Assembly (NCBI RefSeq): GCF_009834535.1 | Contig: NC_045698.1 | Location: forward strand, 1,552,001-1,616,000 | Length of the DNA stretch: 64,000 nucleotides | Origin: Camelus ferus | Lineage: Eukaryota | Direction: 5' to 3' | Part shown: positions 61,748 through 64,000 of the stretch, one piece after another | Layout: every line of letters starts with the position of its first letter | Numbering within the stretch: the stretch's first letter is position 1 | The notes under the pieces: model-generated | What the model saw: the letters and a program-made list of their open reading frames with translations, nothing else | What the model was told of the DNA's origin: nothing | Databases searched by the model: none | Translations under genes and position numbers: made by a program

Positions 61748-64000
61748 AACCCCACAGTGTTCTCACATCTGAAGCCCAGACATCTGCCTGGTCTGAGCAG
61801 ACAGGAGGGTGCGGGTAGGGAGGGCTGCAGGGGGCCTCTGTCCAGTGAGCTCAGGAGCCCAGCTGGGTCTGAACCCCCTTCCTCTGAAGCAAATGCCCGT
61901 GACACCTCGCAGACCTGTGGTGTCAGCGCCCCCCTCCCACGCGTGTGCCCAGCCCACTGTGGACGGCAGCACCGAGAAGTCAGTACCTTCCTGCTCAGCG
62001 CTTCCACCCAAGCTGCCCTGAGCTCTGTTCCTTGTGAAGTTGGTGGACATGGGGTCCTTTTGTGGGCAGACAGATCTGCCCACTTATGGAGAGGCTGATA
62101 AACAGACACCAGCTCAAAGCAGTTGACAGGAGCTGAGCCTCCCTTTCCTCTGGCTTTGGCTCATCTCCCCGTGAATATTTAACCACATGGCTCCAGATTA
62201 CAGACTCTAAGATCCACGGCTGTCCAGAAGTTCTGTCTCAGTCTCAGCCCGTCAGGGCGGCCGAGCCCAAGCCAGCGAGTGGGGGGAGGGGGTTAGCAGA
62301 GCTCTCGAGAGACCATCTGCTGACCGAGCCCCAGAAGTCAGTACCAGCAGTCTGCCTACCACACCTGGGACAGGGACCGGGCGGGGTGGTCATCAGAGTC
62401 CAACCCCATCGGACCAAGGGGCCGCTGCAGCCGGTGGCGCCTCCAGCCATAAGCTGGTGATGATGGAGGTCGAGGAGAGGAGGAGAGATGGCCTGTGTCT
62501 CACCCTCACCCTCCAGCCTCCTGCCGGCATCCGCCCGGTGTCTCCCGTGACCGTGGCGGGGCCAGCGGCAGGCGGGCAGAGGCCTGGAGGGCAGGCGAAG
62601 CCCGGCCGGAGGGGCGGGCGCCCACAGCCCAGCTCGGTTCGACAATATTTGCTCCACGTCCACACCGCGGGTGGAGCCCTGCAGAGCTGCAGGGTGGCGC
62701 TGGCTGAGTCTGGGGCCCTGCTGCTGCCGGGAGGGTGTCGGTCCGCCGTGTCCCCAGGTCTTCGTCACTGTTTACAGCAAATGCTAGATTCGGAGTGTGT
62801 TTGTGACAGCCCCACGAGCAGCTCGTACTCTACCTGAGCGCTACGACCATGGGCCGTGACAGTGGCCTCCATTCATCAAACCCTGCGTGACCATGTTCGA
62901 GTAATTCTGCTCCAGGGAGCTCATTTCAGCTCCAGAAACATTTCCCACAGGGGTGTCATGTGTGCCCCTGGGGCGAGGGCGGGAGGTGAGGTGCTGGGTG
63001 CCATGGGCTCAGCCCAGGCAGCCCCCAGCAGTCTGCCTGTGATCCCTGGAGGTGCTGCCCCCCAGCACCTGGCGGTGAAGAGCCGAGGCCAGCTTGAGGC
63101 TGGATTCTGGACCTGAGGACTTTCTCGAGCCTCCACCCCACGGCCTTGAGCCTCGCTCTGTGTCTGGCCGGGATGACCTGGGACCACTGCCACCAGGACC
63201 ACGCCTGCTCCCCCTTCCTTTGTGTTAGCGGACGAGAGCCTCTCCTTCACAAAAGGAGAGATTTCCCAGTCACCCTGACAAAGGATTGGACCCCCTGGGT
63301 CAGGAGCCCAGCCTGGAGGGTGAGCACTGGGAGGTTTTGCTGGTCCCCGGTGTCCAGGCTGGACGGAGCTGGCAGTGGACAGAAAGGAGGAGGATTCACC
63401 TGCCAGCAGAGCCCAGTAGCCCACAGGTCACTGGCGTTGTGTGCAGGACTGGAGCGACAGGCTTCAAATCTCCCAGCTTGTGTAGACAACGCAGCACACA
63501 GTGAATGCTCAAAACACGTGTGTTAAGTTTCCAGGTGTGAAGGAGGGGGCTGACGAGTCCACAGGTCACCCTGACAGACAGGCTGCATCTGACCTCCCAG
63601 CACGCTCCACCGTCACACCGTCACAGCCAGAAGGGGCACCAGTCTCTCCCAGGAGCGTGGGGCTCCGTCATCTCCCTAGGGGCGTGAGCAATGTGCGCAA
63701 AAGCAGTGAGAGGACACAATCAAGGCAACTGCTTAATTGAACTGTTGTGTTTTCTCCACAATTTTAAACAAAACTATTCCTTTTGTCGACGTGCTGGCCC
63801 CAGCTGAGGGACAGACGAAGCCTCTGCCCACCAGCCCCGAGAAACCAGGTGGCAGGCATCTGCTTGGATTGCAACGAAAATTAGGAGGAAAAAAGCGACC
63901 TTGCCTAAATCAGCCCCTGGTGTGTGACGTGCAGGTGGGTCTGTGTGCACAGAGCTGTGTCCTGTGAAAACAACAAACTGACAAATAAATACACAAACTG

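Noticed and set aside
1..64000. Naming the host locus or neighbouring gene
   Set aside because: No exon of a recognisable gene was found. The gene-desert or large-intron interpretation is inference and needs a genome alignment.

Overview
Mammalian genomic DNA, most likely camelid, judged from a tRNA-derived SINE resembling Vic-1 at ~20.17-20.30 kb. The window is GC- and CpG-rich, looks subtelomeric and is gene-poor; I recognise no intact protein-coding gene. The ORF track is almost entirely chance ORFs in GC-rich sequence or broken repeat frames. Identifiable content: a 3' LINE-1 remnant (1-2.58 kb); a ~7.6 kb old L1MC-like element (48.4-56.0 kb) with a nearly full-length but dead Tigger1 nested in its endonuclease region; several MaLR/ERVL solo LTRs; L2/MIR/MER5 relics; and micro- and minisatellites. 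Unexplained signals worth follow-up: a decayed minus-strand coding-like segment with a perfect CRE upstream (~56.0-56.5 kb); a CRE+CCAAT promoter-like module with a well-formed 147-nt candidate exon downstream (4.3-5.5 kb); an orphan CpG island (~36.7-37.6 kb); several non-repeat AT-rich islands rich in homeodomain-type motifs (candidate developmental enhancers); and apparent AT-to-GC erosion of old repeats. Repeat family names come from recalled consensus sequences, not a database search. I found no convincing novel multi-component system.
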